A stretch of DNA of 64,000 nucleotides from Candidatus Eiseniibacteriota bacterium (GCA_963744995.1 CAVUWA010000010.1:288001-352000); one strand, 5' to 3'; counted from the first letter of the stretch, positions 15,325-25,140 are shown. Notes: generated by a model not told the origin, from the letters alone. Program-made: numbers and translations.

Positions 15325-15353
15325 ACGGTAGCATGCGGTCTGAGGGGGGTCAA
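15325..15353 (-). promoter_or_regulatory. Sigma70-type promoter about 190 nt upstream of phoH
   Basis: TTGACC-17 bp-TACCGT with extended TG. Confidence 0.6.
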
Positions 15354-15526
15354 TCGGCCTTCCGTTGCCGCGTTCCCGAATGGTTGGATGCGTCAGACCG
15401 CTGCCGGGAGTATCGGCCGGGGGCGGCCCCGGGTTGACGGTAGAGTCGGGCCGGTTGCCGGGACGGGACGGACGGCCGACCGGACCCCGAGTCGGCTGCC
15501 GGCGAACGGGTTGCGGCGGCGTGCGC

Positions 15527-17992
15527 TCATTCGATGACCACCGCGCGGACCGTTCGCGAATCGGGCCCGCGGAGGAGCCGGATAAGATAGACACCCGGCG
15601 CGAGATGCCCGGCGCCGAGCGACACGACGTGCCTGCCGGCACCGAGGGCGCCCACGTCGCGCAAGCCTACGCGGCGGCCGGTGACGTCGAACGCCGCGAG
15701 TTGCGCGGGGGCAGCATCCGGCAGCGAGAACGCGACCCGCATGCTGCCGCGCGCAGGGTTGGGCATGGCGCCGGCGAGCGTGAAGTCGACACGCGCTGCC
15801 GGTTCCACGGCGGTCGTCGGCGCGGAGTGGTTCTCCAGCACCGTGACGTCGTTGCCGCGCGCGTTGGCCACCGCGATGTCGAGATCGCCGTCGCCGTCGA
15901 AGTCGACCGCCACGAGATCGGCGGGGCCATCGCCAGCAATGTGATCCTCGCGCGGCCCGAACGTGCCGTCGCCGCGCCCGTAGCGGATCGTCACGGCATT
16001 GGCGTGGTCGCTGCTCGTGAGCGCGTCGAGAAGGCCGTCGCCGTCCGTGTCGGCGAGGCGGATGCCGGTGACGGATGCCGACACGGAATCTTCTCGGCCG
16101 TAGGTCGCACCTGGCGTCCATACCCAGCTGGCGACGGTTCCACCACTGTCCTGACGCGTGGCGACGACGAGATCGGGCCACTCGTCGGAGGTGACCTCGC
16201 CCACCGCGAACCAGGAGCGGATGCCGCCGCCGCTTCCAAGCGAGTACGTCGAGCTGCTGATCGTACCCCCTGCACCATCACCATAGGTGACCGGCTGCTG
16301 GCCACCTGACAACGCGGAACTCATGGGCACGTTGCAGACGATGTCCAGGTGGCCATCGTGGTTGACGTCGAGCATGGCGACCTTGCGTCCCCATGCATTC
16401 GGGATCGCCGTCGCTGCTCCGAAGCCGCCGTGTCCGTCACCCTCCATCCACAGCACGCCAGACAATTCGGCGATGACGAGATCCGCCAGGCCATCTCCGT
16501 TCCAGTCTCCGAGCGCGAGGTTCAGCGGACCCCCTCCGACTGCATAGTCGACGCGCGGTTCGAAGCCGCCCCCCACGACGCCTTTGAAGACGCTGACCGC
16601 GCCGGCCGAGTCCCCTGCCGAAATCAGGTCGGACCTGCCATCCCTGTCGAGGTCCGTAGCTAGGAGCGCCATGACGCCGGCGGGCGCGTCGTAAGCGATC
16701 GGCCCGCCGAAGCTCCCGTCCCCGAGCCCCGGCAGGACGGTGATCGAGCGGTCACCGGAGTTCGCCGTCGCGACATCGATCATCGCATCGCCGGTGAACT
16801 CGCCGGCGACAATCGCGACGGGGTTTACGCCGGTCGGATATTCCGCCGGGTGAACGAATCCACGTGGAGAAACCCCGTACAGAATCGTTGTGAGCGGCGT
16901 CGCCCGGCAGCCGACCAGCATGTCGCGGTGCCCGTCGCCGTTCACGTCGCCGAATGTCACGTGCTCGGGCTCGTGCCCGACGATCCACGTCTCGGGCGGC
17001 GAAAAGCCCCAGGCGCCGTCGCCGAAGCGGACGCTCACGTCGTCTTCGCCCAGCGTGACGACGTCCACGTTGCCGTCGCCGTCGACGTCGGTGACCGTAT
17101 CCGGGGCGACTGTGTCCGGATCGAATCCCACGTTGCCCATGAGCGTGAAAGTGGCGTCACCGTGCCCCCGATAGAGTTCGCCACCGACAATCACGTCCGC
17201 GTGCGAGTCGTGATCAAGGTCCACGGTGAACATCGACGTGCGCCCGATCGGGGCGACGGGAACATAGGCCTCGTATGAGCCGTCGGCGGCGCCGCGGACG
17301 AAACCCCAGTCTCCCTGCGGGTAGTCCCTGGCGATGATGACATCGTTGATGTCGTCTTCGTCGATGTCGGCTGCAGCGATTCCCTTGACCCCATACAGGT
17401 ACTCAGGAACGACGACGGTGGAGTCCATGTTGGGGCCGCCCGGGTCCCGATAGAGCACGAAGGCCTCGCCATCTGTGCTCCCGTACGCGATGTCCGGGTA
17501 GGGATCCCCATCGAAGTCGTGGAAGACATGAACGAGTGATCCGAACCCCGGGACCACGGCTCCCGTACCGAAGGTCCCGTCACCACTTCCGGGCCACACA
17601 TAGCCCATCCACGTCTCGGCCTGTGTCATGACGTCGAGGTGTCCGTCCGCGTCGAGATCGATCACCTCGATCCAGGCCGGATCGGTGCCGTAGCCCCCGT
17701 AGCCCAAATAGTTGAAGTAGCGCGGCACACCTTCGAATCCACCGCTGCCATCCCCCAGGCGCACCATGAACCCGAGGTCCGTCAGCGAGACCAGGTCGAG
17801 CACGCCGTCTTCGTTCACGTCGGCCAGGTGAATCATCACGTGGCTCGTGTGCTCGGGCAGATCCAGCGACACGCCCCCCGTATCGAACACCGGCCTCATC
17901 TGAGCGCCGGCCGTGGTCGTCGCGCTGGCGAGCATCGCGGCGGTGATCGACGCAATCAGCGCATGTCGAAGAAGTGATCGGATCGATGTCAT
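15527..17992 (-). CDS. Secreted FG-GAP/VCBS-repeat beta-propeller protein with T9SS/FlgD-like C-terminal domain
   Basis: Signal peptide from MTSIRSLL, more than 10 D(V/L)(N/D)xDGxxD repeats, C-terminal PNP...FDVTGRRV...PGVYLIRL. Confidence 0.88.
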   Translation of the reverse strand: MTSIRSLLRHALIASITAAMLASATTTAGAQMRPVFDTGGVSLDLPEHTSHVMIHLADVNEDGVLDLVSLTDLGFMVRLGDGSGGFEGVPRYFNYLGYGGYGTDPAWIEVIDLDADGHLDVMTQAETWMGYVWPGSGDGTFGTGAVVPGFGSLVHVFHDFDGDPYPDIAYGSTDGEAFVLYRDPGGPNMDSTVVVPEYLYGVKGIAAADIDEDDINDVIIARDYPQGDWGFVRGAADGSYEAYVPVAPIGRTSMFTVDLDHDSHADVIVGGELYRGHGDATFTLMGNVGFDPDTVAPDTVTDVDGDGNVDVVTLGEDDVSVRFGDGAWGFSPPETWIVGHEPEHVTFGDVNGDGHRDMLVGCRATPLTTILYGVSPRGFVHPAEYPTGVNPVAIVAGEFTGDAMIDVATANSGDRSITVLPGLGDGSFGGPIAYDAPAGVMALLATDLDRDGRSDLISAGDSAGAVSVFKGVVGGGFEPRVDYAVGGGPLNLALGDWNGDGLADLVIAELSGVLWMEGDGHGGFGAATAIPNAWGRKVAMLDVNHDGHLDIVCNVPMSSALSGGQQPVTYGDGAGGTISSSTYSLGSGGGIRSWFAVGEVTSDEWPDLVVATRQDSGGTVASWVWTPGATYGREDSVSASVTGIRLADTDGDGLLDALTSSDHANAVTIRYGRGDGTFGPREDHIAGDGPADLVAVDFDGDGDLDIAVANARGNDVTVLENHSAPTTAVEPAARVDFTLAGAMPNPARGSMRVAFSLPDAAPAQLAAFDVTGRRVGLRDVGALGAGRHVVSLGAGHLAPGVYLIRLLRGPDSRTVRAVVIE

Positions 17993-18026
17993 CTGGCGTT
18001 TCCCCCCGGAAATCCGCCAGCCATTG

Positions 18027-18042
18027 AGCAATTCGCACGCCA
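18027..18042 (-). promoter_or_regulatory. Putative sigma54 (-24/-12) promoter of FG-GAP gene
   Basis: TGGCGTGCGAATTGCT = GG-N10-GC with TT before GC, 35 bp upstream of ATG 17992. Confidence 0.5.
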
Positions 18043-18160
18043 TCCTGGTGGACCGGCGCACAATGCGCAGCACCGCCGCCACTTCGCGTGCCCGAGCCGA
18101 ATGCCCCTGCGCGGTCTGACCCTCACGAGTGGCCGGAAATCGTGCAGCGTACGGTGCGAA

Positions 18161-19234
18161 CTAGGCGCCGTCGCCGGGCCCCGCTCCCTCGCCGTGGGCG
18201 CGCATCTCCGCGACCTCCTCGATCAGGCCCTGCACGACGGCCGCGCCGGGGAGCGCGATGAACACGCCGACCGGGCCGAGCAGCGTTGCGCCCGACAGCA
18301 CGCTCACCAGGATCACGAACGGGTGCAGCTTCAGGTGCTGGCCCATCACGCGCGGCAGGATCAGGTAGCCGTTGATCACGTTGATCACGCTGTAGATCAC
18401 GAAGCCCGTCAGCGCGAGCGACGGGCTGACCCCGAGACCGGTAAGGACGACCGCGATCATCGCCGTCCAGAAGCCGATGAACGGCACGATCTCGGCGAGG
18501 CCGACCACGACGCCCAGGACCGTCGCCCCTGGATAGCCTGCGATCGCGAGCGCGGTGCCGACCACGGTGCCCATGATCAGGCACACGATGGTCTGGCCGC
18601 GTACGTAACTGCTCAACGCGCGATCCACGGCGCGCTGCAGGGGGTGCAGCCAGCCGCGGGTGTTCTCGGGCAGGAAGCGCGACATGCTGTCGCGCACCGC
18701 TTCGGCTTCGGCGAGCAGGTAGAACGTCAGCACGGGCAGCAGCAGCAGGCGGACCAACTGTCCGAGGTTGCCGAACAGGTGGCCCGCCCAACGCACCGAG
18801 GCCACGCCGAGAGTCTCCAGGTGCGTGGTCGCGTCGGCGCGCAGGTTCTGGATGACCGGATCGATGTTCTCGCTGAGGCCGTGGCGCGCGGCGTAGCGGC
18901 TGGTCTCGTTGAGCAGCTTCTCGACCGTGCCCGGAAGACGCACCGCCAGCCGGCCGATCTCGGCTCCGATGCGCGGCAGGCCCAGGCTCAACAGCCACCC
19001 CACCACGACCACCAGCCCGATCACGACGATGGCCGAGGCGAAGCCACGGGGAATGCGCGCGCCGCGCGGGAACGGGATCCGTTCGAGCAGCCCGACCAGC
19101 GGCGCGAGAACGAACGCGAGCAGCACAGCCAGCGAGATCAGCACCACGATGTCGCGCAGCGCCCACAGCAGCACCAGCACCAGCGCGAGGCCGACGGTGA
19201 TCAGCGGGCCGCGGGCGGTCTCGAGCCGGCTCAC
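18161..19234 (-). CDS. AI-2E (PerM/TqsA) family transporter
   Basis: LAFVLAPLV, LTFYLL, SYVRGQ, VPFIG, ILPRVMG..LKLHP, GVFIALP. Confidence 0.92.
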   Translation of the reverse strand: MSRLETARGPLITVGLALVLVLLWALRDIVVLISLAVLLAFVLAPLVGLLERIPFPRGARIPRGFASAIVVIGLVVVVGWLLSLGLPRIGAEIGRLAVRLPGTVEKLLNETSRYAARHGLSENIDPVIQNLRADATTHLETLGVASVRWAGHLFGNLGQLVRLLLLPVLTFYLLAEAEAVRDSMSRFLPENTRGWLHPLQRAVDRALSSYVRGQTIVCLIMGTVVGTALAIAGYPGATVLGVVVGLAEIVPFIGFWTAMIAVVLTGLGVSPSLALTGFVIYSVINVINGYLILPRVMGQHLKLHPFVILVSVLSGATLLGPVGVFIALPGAAVVQGLIEEVAEMRAHGEGAGPGDGA

Positions 19235-19812
19235 GGGTGGTTCCCGAACAGCAGCGAGAAGCCGCTCAGCACCTGGTGCTCGGTGAAGTCGGCGACCGGG
19301 TCATGGAGCACCCGTCGGTAGCGGTACTCGATGCGCATGAGCGCGCCGTTGCCGGCGAGCATGCGCAGACCCACGTTCGCGCCGACCGGGTAGCGCGCGA
19401 GGCGGAAGCTGCCGAGCCATTCCTCGCGCACGCCGCCCGCGAGCGCCACGAACGGATACACCGGACCGGGCGAGGGATGCGCGAGCCAGCCGATCGAGCC
19501 GCCGGCCTCGAGCAGATCGAGCGGCCCCTCGCGTGAGTAACCGAGTTCCGCCTCCAGCGCGGCGCGACCCGCGCCCGCCGCGTAGAACTGTGCCGCGCGC
19601 ACCGCGACGGTCGCGGACGAGGTGCCCTCCACCCAGCCGAACGCCCCGCTGAAGCCGAGCTCCAGTGCGCCGGGACGGATCTCGGGATGCGTCGCGAAAC
19701 GCAGCATCTCGAGCGCCCGCCGGGCATCCGTCTTCTGTGCCTGCGCGACGCCGGGCACGAGGGCGAGGCCGCAGACGAAGGTGCAGGCGAGCACGGCGCG
19801 CGGCGCGCTCAC
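19231..19812 (-). CDS. Small outer-membrane beta-barrel protein
   Basis: From GTG 19812 (overlaps upstream stop): signal peptide ending AQA, amphipathic beta strands, C-terminal GFSLLF. Confidence 0.65.
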   Translation of the reverse strand: MSAPRAVLACTFVCGLALVPGVAQAQKTDARRALEMLRFATHPEIRPGALELGFSGAFGWVEGTSSATVAVRAAQFYAAGAGRAALEAELGYSREGPLDLLEAGGSIGWLAHPSPGPVYPFVALAGGVREEWLGSFRLARYPVGANVGLRMLAGNGALMRIEYRYRRVLHDPVADFTEHQVLSGFSLLFGNHP

Positions 19813-20888
19813 GGCGCCCACGCGGCGGCGAGCTCGGACAGGGCCGGCTTGCCCATCGGCGTGAAGTCGGCGTTGCCGGGACCGCCCGATCCGTCTGCGA
19901 GAAAGTTCCACCAGTCCATGCCTTCCATCCATGGCAGGCCGCCCACGGTCTCGAGCGCGGCCCAGTAGAGATCCGCCTGCTCTTCGAGATCGATCGTCCC
20001 GGCCGGCCCCGCCGCGCTGGGATCGCGTCCGGCGCCGTCCACGCTGCGATAGCCGATCTCGGTGAGCAAGATACGCTTTCCGGTGCGATGGTGCAGACGC
20101 TCGAGCCGCTCGATCCACGGCGCCCAGCCGGCGAGCAGATCGAAGCGGCCCGCGTCGTTCCGCTCCGTCACCGGATCGTAGAAGTCCACACCGACCAGAT
20201 CCACGGCGTCCCAGAACGGCACCAGGCGCGCCTCGTCCCACGACGCGGCGTAGGTCAACGCGCCGCCGAACGCGGCGCGCACCGCGGCGATCGTCGCGCG
20301 CCACTCGCCTTCCCGCTCGAGCGTCCCCGCGAGCTCGGTGCCGACCACGAAGCGCGAGGCACCAAGCGAATCGGCGAGTCGCGCCCAGGGCAGGATGAAG
20401 GCCCGGTACGAAGCGAACCATGCGGCCGGGTCGCCGGGCTCGAGGTGTGCGCGCCACGTGCCGTCGTCGACGTCGACGTGCGGCTTGATCGCGACCTCCA
20501 TGCCGCGCGCGAGCGCGGCCTCGGCGACGGAGCGCACCGCGCCGGGCGTGGGCGCACGCGGGTCGTTCGCGCGGACCACGCTCGCGTGCACGGCGCTCTG
20601 ATACCCGGTGACGAGAATCGTCACGCTGCGCACCCCCGCGGCGCGCATCGCGTCCAGCGTGAGGCGCGCGGCCGGTTGCTCGTAGCCGTTCGTGCTCCAG
20701 TCGGCGAGGATCGCGCCGCGGACCGGCGGAACGAACGAGCGCACGGGACGGTCGGGCAGCCGCGTGCAGCCCGACAGCAGGGCGGCCGCGAGGCAGGCGG
20801 CCATCCCGTGCGCGGCAACGGCCGCGGCGCGCGCGCCCATCATGCGCGCCCGCGACGCGTCGCGCCGGCGGCCGGCCGCGACGCTCAC
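19809..20888 (-). CDS. Glycoside hydrolase family 113-like lipoprotein
   Basis: Lipobox LSGC; IKPHVD..DGTWR, VVGTEL (acid/base), TYAASWD, LLTEIGYRS (nucleophile), FTPMGKPA; start 20888 or 20843. Confidence 0.82.
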   Translation of the reverse strand: MSVAAGRRRDASRARMMGARAAAVAAHGMAACLAAALLSGCTRLPDRPVRSFVPPVRGAILADWSTNGYEQPAARLTLDAMRAAGVRSVTILVTGYQSAVHASVVRANDPRAPTPGAVRSVAEAALARGMEVAIKPHVDVDDGTWRAHLEPGDPAAWFASYRAFILPWARLADSLGASRFVVGTELAGTLEREGEWRATIAAVRAAFGGALTYAASWDEARLVPFWDAVDLVGVDFYDPVTERNDAGRFDLLAGWAPWIERLERLHHRTGKRILLTEIGYRSVDGAGRDPSAAGPAGTIDLEEQADLYWAALETVGGLPWMEGMDWWNFLADGSGGPGNADFTPMGKPALSELAAAWAP

Positions 20889-23131
20889 AATTTCAATTCC
20901 CCGATCAGCGCCCGGGCACGGGCGGCGGTCGCGGGGTCGCTGCGCGCGGCGAGCGACTCGAGGATCTCGCGCGCCAGCGGGCCGTCGCCGGTCTTCGCGA
21001 GGATCCGCGCATATTCGGTCTGCAGCGCCGCGGGCGGCTCGCCGTCGCGGGCGATGCGGCCGATCGTGCGCTCGATGACGCCGCGCGCGTCGGCCCACTC
21101 GCCGTCGGCTGCGGCGGCAGTCGTGTACACGAGGCACGCCTCGACGTCGTCGGGGATCACCTCCAGCGTGGCCCGCGCGAAGAACCGCGCGGGCGCATCG
21201 CGGCCGAGCTCGACGAGATAGACCGACATCGGATGCGCGAACGGCCGCACCAGGCTCGCGTACATGTGATCGAGCACGCGCACCCACGGTGCCGCCGCAC
21301 CGTTCGGCGCGCGCACGGCCCCGTCGGTCCGTGCCGCCGGGGGCAGCGCCGCGTCCTCGAGCGCGCGCCGGCCCGAAAGCGGCAGCGTCGCCGCCCACCA
21401 CAGCGGATCGAGCGGTCCCATGGCCCGCGCGGCCGCACGGAACGCCGGCGAGACGCGGCGGATCGTGATCGCCGGACCTGCGGCGCCGCGGCCGGGGTGG
21501 AATTCCGCGGCGACCCCGCAGGTGCGCGCCAGCAGCCGGTAGAACGCGGCCTCCGCCGCGAAGCGCGCGGAGTCCGCCATGAACCGGCTGCCCACCGCAT
21601 CCGTCGTCACGATGAAATCCACGGCCTCGAACAGACGCGGGTCGTACGACAGCTGATCGAACTCGATCGCTTGCGAGGCCAGGCGCACCGTGACCGGTCG
21701 TCCGGAGGAGTCCGGGACCACGACGGTGCCCGGCCCCACGCTCACGAACGGCAGCTGCACCGCGTGGAAGGCCGGACGGCGCAGATAGCGCGCGCGCGCG
21801 GAATCGCTCGCGGTGCGGAACAGGCGATGCGACCGCATGTCGAGCGCGCGCAGACGCGTGTGCAGCGCGGCGCCGTAGGCCTCCTGCACGATCAGCGGCG
21901 ACGCGTCGGTGTTCTGCTCGAACCAGCGTGCGGCCAGCACCCGCGTGGACAGCGGCCTGAGCAGCGCGCCGCCGAGCGCGTAGGGCACCAGCGGCAGCAC
22001 GAGCACGGCCGGCGCGAGGGCCACGCTCACCGCGCGCCACCGGTCGGGGGCGCGCGCCGCCAGATCCATGAGTGCCGCGCAGGCGAGCAGCGCGGCCGGC
22101 CCGAGCATCGGAATCAGATAGCGGTCCGCCTCGATCCGCGCGGTGAACACGGGCAGGGCGTACGCGGCAAGGGCGACCCACAGCACGATGTCTTCGCGAC
22201 GCTCGCGCCGGTGCATGACGGTGAGAACCAGCGACACCGGCAGCAGCACCAGACCGACCGGGCCGAGGTTTCCGAGCAGCCTGCCGAAGTCGAACGCCGC
22301 ACGGGGGCCGGCGGGCCCGCCGAGCCCCGCAGCGGGCAGCTGGCGCACGAAGCCGACATCGTGCACGAACGCATGGAAGTCGAGCACGGCGTACGGCGTG
22401 GTGGCGAGGAACACGACGAACGCCCCCGCCGCAGCGATCGGCCAGGCGAGCCATGCGCGCCCGGGGCGGCGCATGAACAGCACGACGCCGAGCGGCAGCA
22501 GCAGCGTCGCGGCCGGATACGCCGCGCCGGTGGCGAGCCCGATCAGCACGACGGCTGCGACCAGCGAGGTCTTCCGGCCGTCGCGCAGATGGCGGATCAT
22601 CGCCAGCAGCGCGCCGGCCGACAACGCCGCCATGTACGTGTCGGGCACGATCGTCCGCACCCCGTGCAGCATCGTGATCGAGATCGCGAGCACGACGCCG
22701 GCCACCAGTCCGGCGCCGGGACGCAGCCGCTCGCCGAGCCAGGCGATCGCGCCGATGCCGGCCAGCTCGAACGTCGTTGCCATCACGCGTGCGGCCACGA
22801 CCAGCGCGCCCGGGTCGGTGTGGTACGCGAGGAAGTAGTCGGCCTTGTTGGTCCATGCGCCGGTCAGGAGGCCGAACGCGTACTGCACCTGCTGCAGCGC
22901 GAAGTGCAGATAGAGCGTCAGCGACGGGTGCTGGAAGCGGTGCGGGTCGAGGGCGAGCCGGCCGGCGTCCCAGCCCCACATCGCCCAGGCTTCGCGGAAC
23001 GGCCAGGCCTCGTCGAGAAACTCGGGCAGACCGTGCCCCCACTGCAGCATCCGGAACGTGAGCCCGAGCGCGATCGCCAGGCCCAGCGCAACCTTCTGCC
23101 GCAGCCTGAGTGGCCCGGGCTCCCAGCTCAT
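20885..23131 (-). CDS. GT-C fold (PMT_2/ArnT-like) membrane glycosyltransferase with C-terminal TPR-like region
   Basis: First loop FLDE, HPSLTLY, about 11 TM helices, RYLIP, helical C-terminal repeats. Confidence 0.82.
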   Translation of the reverse strand: MSWEPGPLRLRQKVALGLAIALGLTFRMLQWGHGLPEFLDEAWPFREAWAMWGWDAGRLALDPHRFQHPSLTLYLHFALQQVQYAFGLLTGAWTNKADYFLAYHTDPGALVVAARVMATTFELAGIGAIAWLGERLRPGAGLVAGVVLAISITMLHGVRTIVPDTYMAALSAGALLAMIRHLRDGRKTSLVAAVVLIGLATGAAYPAATLLLPLGVVLFMRRPGRAWLAWPIAAAGAFVVFLATTPYAVLDFHAFVHDVGFVRQLPAAGLGGPAGPRAAFDFGRLLGNLGPVGLVLLPVSLVLTVMHRRERREDIVLWVALAAYALPVFTARIEADRYLIPMLGPAALLACAALMDLAARAPDRWRAVSVALAPAVLVLPLVPYALGGALLRPLSTRVLAARWFEQNTDASPLIVQEAYGAALHTRLRALDMRSHRLFRTASDSARARYLRRPAFHAVQLPFVSVGPGTVVVPDSSGRPVTVRLASQAIEFDQLSYDPRLFEAVDFIVTTDAVGSRFMADSARFAAEAAFYRLLARTCGVAAEFHPGRGAAGPAITIRRVSPAFRAAARAMGPLDPLWWAATLPLSGRRALEDAALPPAARTDGAVRAPNGAAAPWVRVLDHMYASLVRPFAHPMSVYLVELGRDAPARFFARATLEVIPDDVEACLVYTTAAAADGEWADARGVIERTIGRIARDGEPPAALQTEYARILAKTGDGPLAREILESLAARSDPATAARARALIGELKL

Positions 23132-23619
23132 GAGCCGTCCGCTTCCAGCTCCACGAGCGCGACGCCGGCGTCCACCATCTCCCCGGTCCCGGCGGCGATC
23201 GACTTCACGACGCCGTCGCGCGGGGCGCGGATCAGGTGTTCCATCTTCATCGCTTCGATCGCCACAAGTGCCTGACCCTTCGAAACCTCATCGCCCGGCG
23301 CCGCCATCACGCGCGTGACGACGCCCGGCATCGGCGCTTCGAGCCCGTGGCCGTGGCCCGCGCCGCGACGGCCGGCGGCGCGCAGCCGGCGTCCCAGCAC
23401 GTAGTCGAGCCGGCCGACGCGCACGAAGCGACGGTCACCGCTCGCGAGGACGCGCGCCACGGTGACGACGCCGTCCACCGCCAGGCTCATGCGCCCGTCC
23501 ATGCCGGCGTCGATCGTGACCTCGAACGCGGCGCCGTCCACCTCCGCACGAAACCGGTTCCCGCCGAGCGGCGTCAGCGTGACCGAGCGTTCGTGCGCGC
23601 CGTCGCGGAAGTCGCTCAT
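23128..23619 (-). CDS. Biotin carboxyl carrier protein (C-terminal part of acyl-CoA carboxylase alpha)
   Basis: LEAPMPG, EAMKMEH biotinylation motif. Confidence 0.92.
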   Translation of the reverse strand: MSDFRDGAHERSVTLTPLGGNRFRAEVDGAAFEVTIDAGMDGRMSLAVDGVVTVARVLASGDRRFVRVGRLDYVLGRRLRAAGRRGAGHGHGLEAPMPGVVTRVMAAPGDEVSKGQALVAIEAMKMEHLIRAPRDGVVKSIAAGTGEMVDAGVALVELEADGS

Positions 23620-23622
23620 CGC

Positions 23623-25140
23623 CTAGGCGTCCAGTCCCGGCAGACGCCATGCGCCGAGCGTCGTGAACACGCCGGGAGCCGCGGCCGCTCCGTCTGATGA
23701 GCGCGCCGCTCTTCCGGGCGCCCGCGCGAGACCGAGCAGCTCGGCCGCTTCGGCGGCGACCAGCGCCAGCTCCGGTGCGGGCGCCGCCACCATCGCCCGA
23801 AAGCGCTCGAGGAACTCGCGCTCGATCCACTCGGTATCCGCCGACGCGTGGCGCACGGCTTCGTCGCGCAGCAGCGCGCGCAGGAAGGGCAGGTTGGTGA
23901 TCACACCCTGGATCAGCGCGGCGTCGAGCGCGGCCGCGAGCCGGGTGATGGCCGCACTGCGGTCCGGGCCGCAGGTCACTACCTTGGCGAGGATCGGATC
24001 GTAGTGGACCGGCACCGCGTCGCCGGCGTCGATGCCCGCATCCACGCGCACGAACGGGCCGCCCGGCCACTCGACGCGCGACGCCACGCCTGCCTGGGGC
24101 AGGAAATCGCCGGCCGCGTCTTCGGCGTAGATCCGCGCTTCGATCGCGTGACCGCGGCGCGTGACGTCCCGCTGCGCGAGCGGCAGACGGCCGGTGGCCG
24201 CAATCTCGACCTGCATGCGCACGAGGTCGAGCCCGGTCAGCCGCTCGGTCACCGGATGCTCGACCTGCAGCCGGGTGTTCATCTCGAGGAAATGGAACGC
24301 GCCGTCCGGCGCCAGCAGAAATTCCACCGTGCCGGCGCCGCGGTAGCGGGCCTGCTTCGCGAGGGCCACCGCGGCGCCGGTCATGCGCTCGCGCAGCGCG
24401 TCGTCCACGGCCGCGGACGGCGTCTCTTCGATCACCTTCTGGTGCCGGCGCTGCAGCGAGCATTCGCGCTCGAACAGGTGCAGCGCATCGCCCCTGCCGT
24501 CGCCGAAGACCTGGACTTCCACGTGGCGCGGGCGTTCAATGCGCTTCTCCAGATAGAGCGCCGCGTCGCCGAACGCCGAGGCCGCGAGCCGCTCCGCGCT
24601 CTCGACCGCTTCGGCGAGCTCGTCGGCGTCGTTCACGACGCGCATGCCCTTGCCGCCCCCGCCCAGCGCCGCCTTGACCAGCACCGGGTAGCCGAGCTGC
24701 CTGGCGCCGCGGGCGAGCGCCTTCACGCCCTGCGCTTCGTAGCCGGGCACCACGGGCACGCCGGCCGCCTCGGCGATCTTCCGCGCGGCGCGCTTGTCGC
24801 CCATCGCGCGCGCCTGTTCCGCGGTCGGGCCGATGAAGGCGAGGCCGGCGGCCTCGACCGCCTCGCTGAACGCCGCGTTTTCGGCCAGGAAGCCGTAGCC
24901 CGGATGCACCGCATCCGCCCCCGCACGGCGCGCCGCGTCGATCAGGCGCTCCACGTTCAGATACGAGGCCCGCGGGTCGGCCGGGCCGATCTCGTACGCC
25001 TCGTCGACCGCGCGCACGTGACGCGCGCCGCGGTCGACCTCCGAGTAGACGGCCACCGGCGCGATGCTCATCTCGTGCAGCGTGGCCGCGATGCGGCACG
25101 CGATCTCGCCGCGGTTGGCGATCAGAACCTTCTTGAACAC
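23623..25140 (-). CDS. Biotin carboxylase (methylcrotonyl-CoA carboxylase alpha-like, N-terminal part)
   Basis: From GTG 25140: FKKVLIANRGEIA, HPGYGFLAEN, GGGGKGMR, ERECSLQRRHQK, EMNTRLQVEHPVTE. Confidence 0.95.
   Translation of the reverse strand: MFKKVLIANRGEIACRIAATLHEMSIAPVAVYSEVDRGARHVRAVDEAYEIGPADPRASYLNVERLIDAARRAGADAVHPGYGFLAENAAFSEAVEAAGLAFIGPTAEQARAMGDKRAARKIAEAAGVPVVPGYEAQGVKALARGARQLGYPVLVKAALGGGGKGMRVVNDADELAEAVESAERLAASAFGDAALYLEKRIERPRHVEVQVFGDGRGDALHLFERECSLQRRHQKVIEETPSAAVDDALRERMTGAAVALAKQARYRGAGTVEFLLAPDGAFHFLEMNTRLQVEHPVTERLTGLDLVRMQVEIAATGRLPLAQRDVTRRGHAIEARIYAEDAAGDFLPQAGVASRVEWPGGPFVRVDAGIDAGDAVPVHYDPILAKVVTCGPDRSAAITRLAAALDAALIQGVITNLPFLRALLRDEAVRHASADTEWIEREFLERFRAMVAAPAPELALVAAEAAELLGLARAPGRAARSSDGAAAAPGVFTTLGAWRLPGLDA

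Noticed and set aside
11635..15537. Very long ORFs antisense or out of frame to real genes (e.g. 11635..15537, 26424..29627, 36534..39548, 6228..8834)
   Set aside because: Shadow ORFs expected at high GC; Arg/Ala/Gly-rich with no motifs, and overlapping well-supported genes
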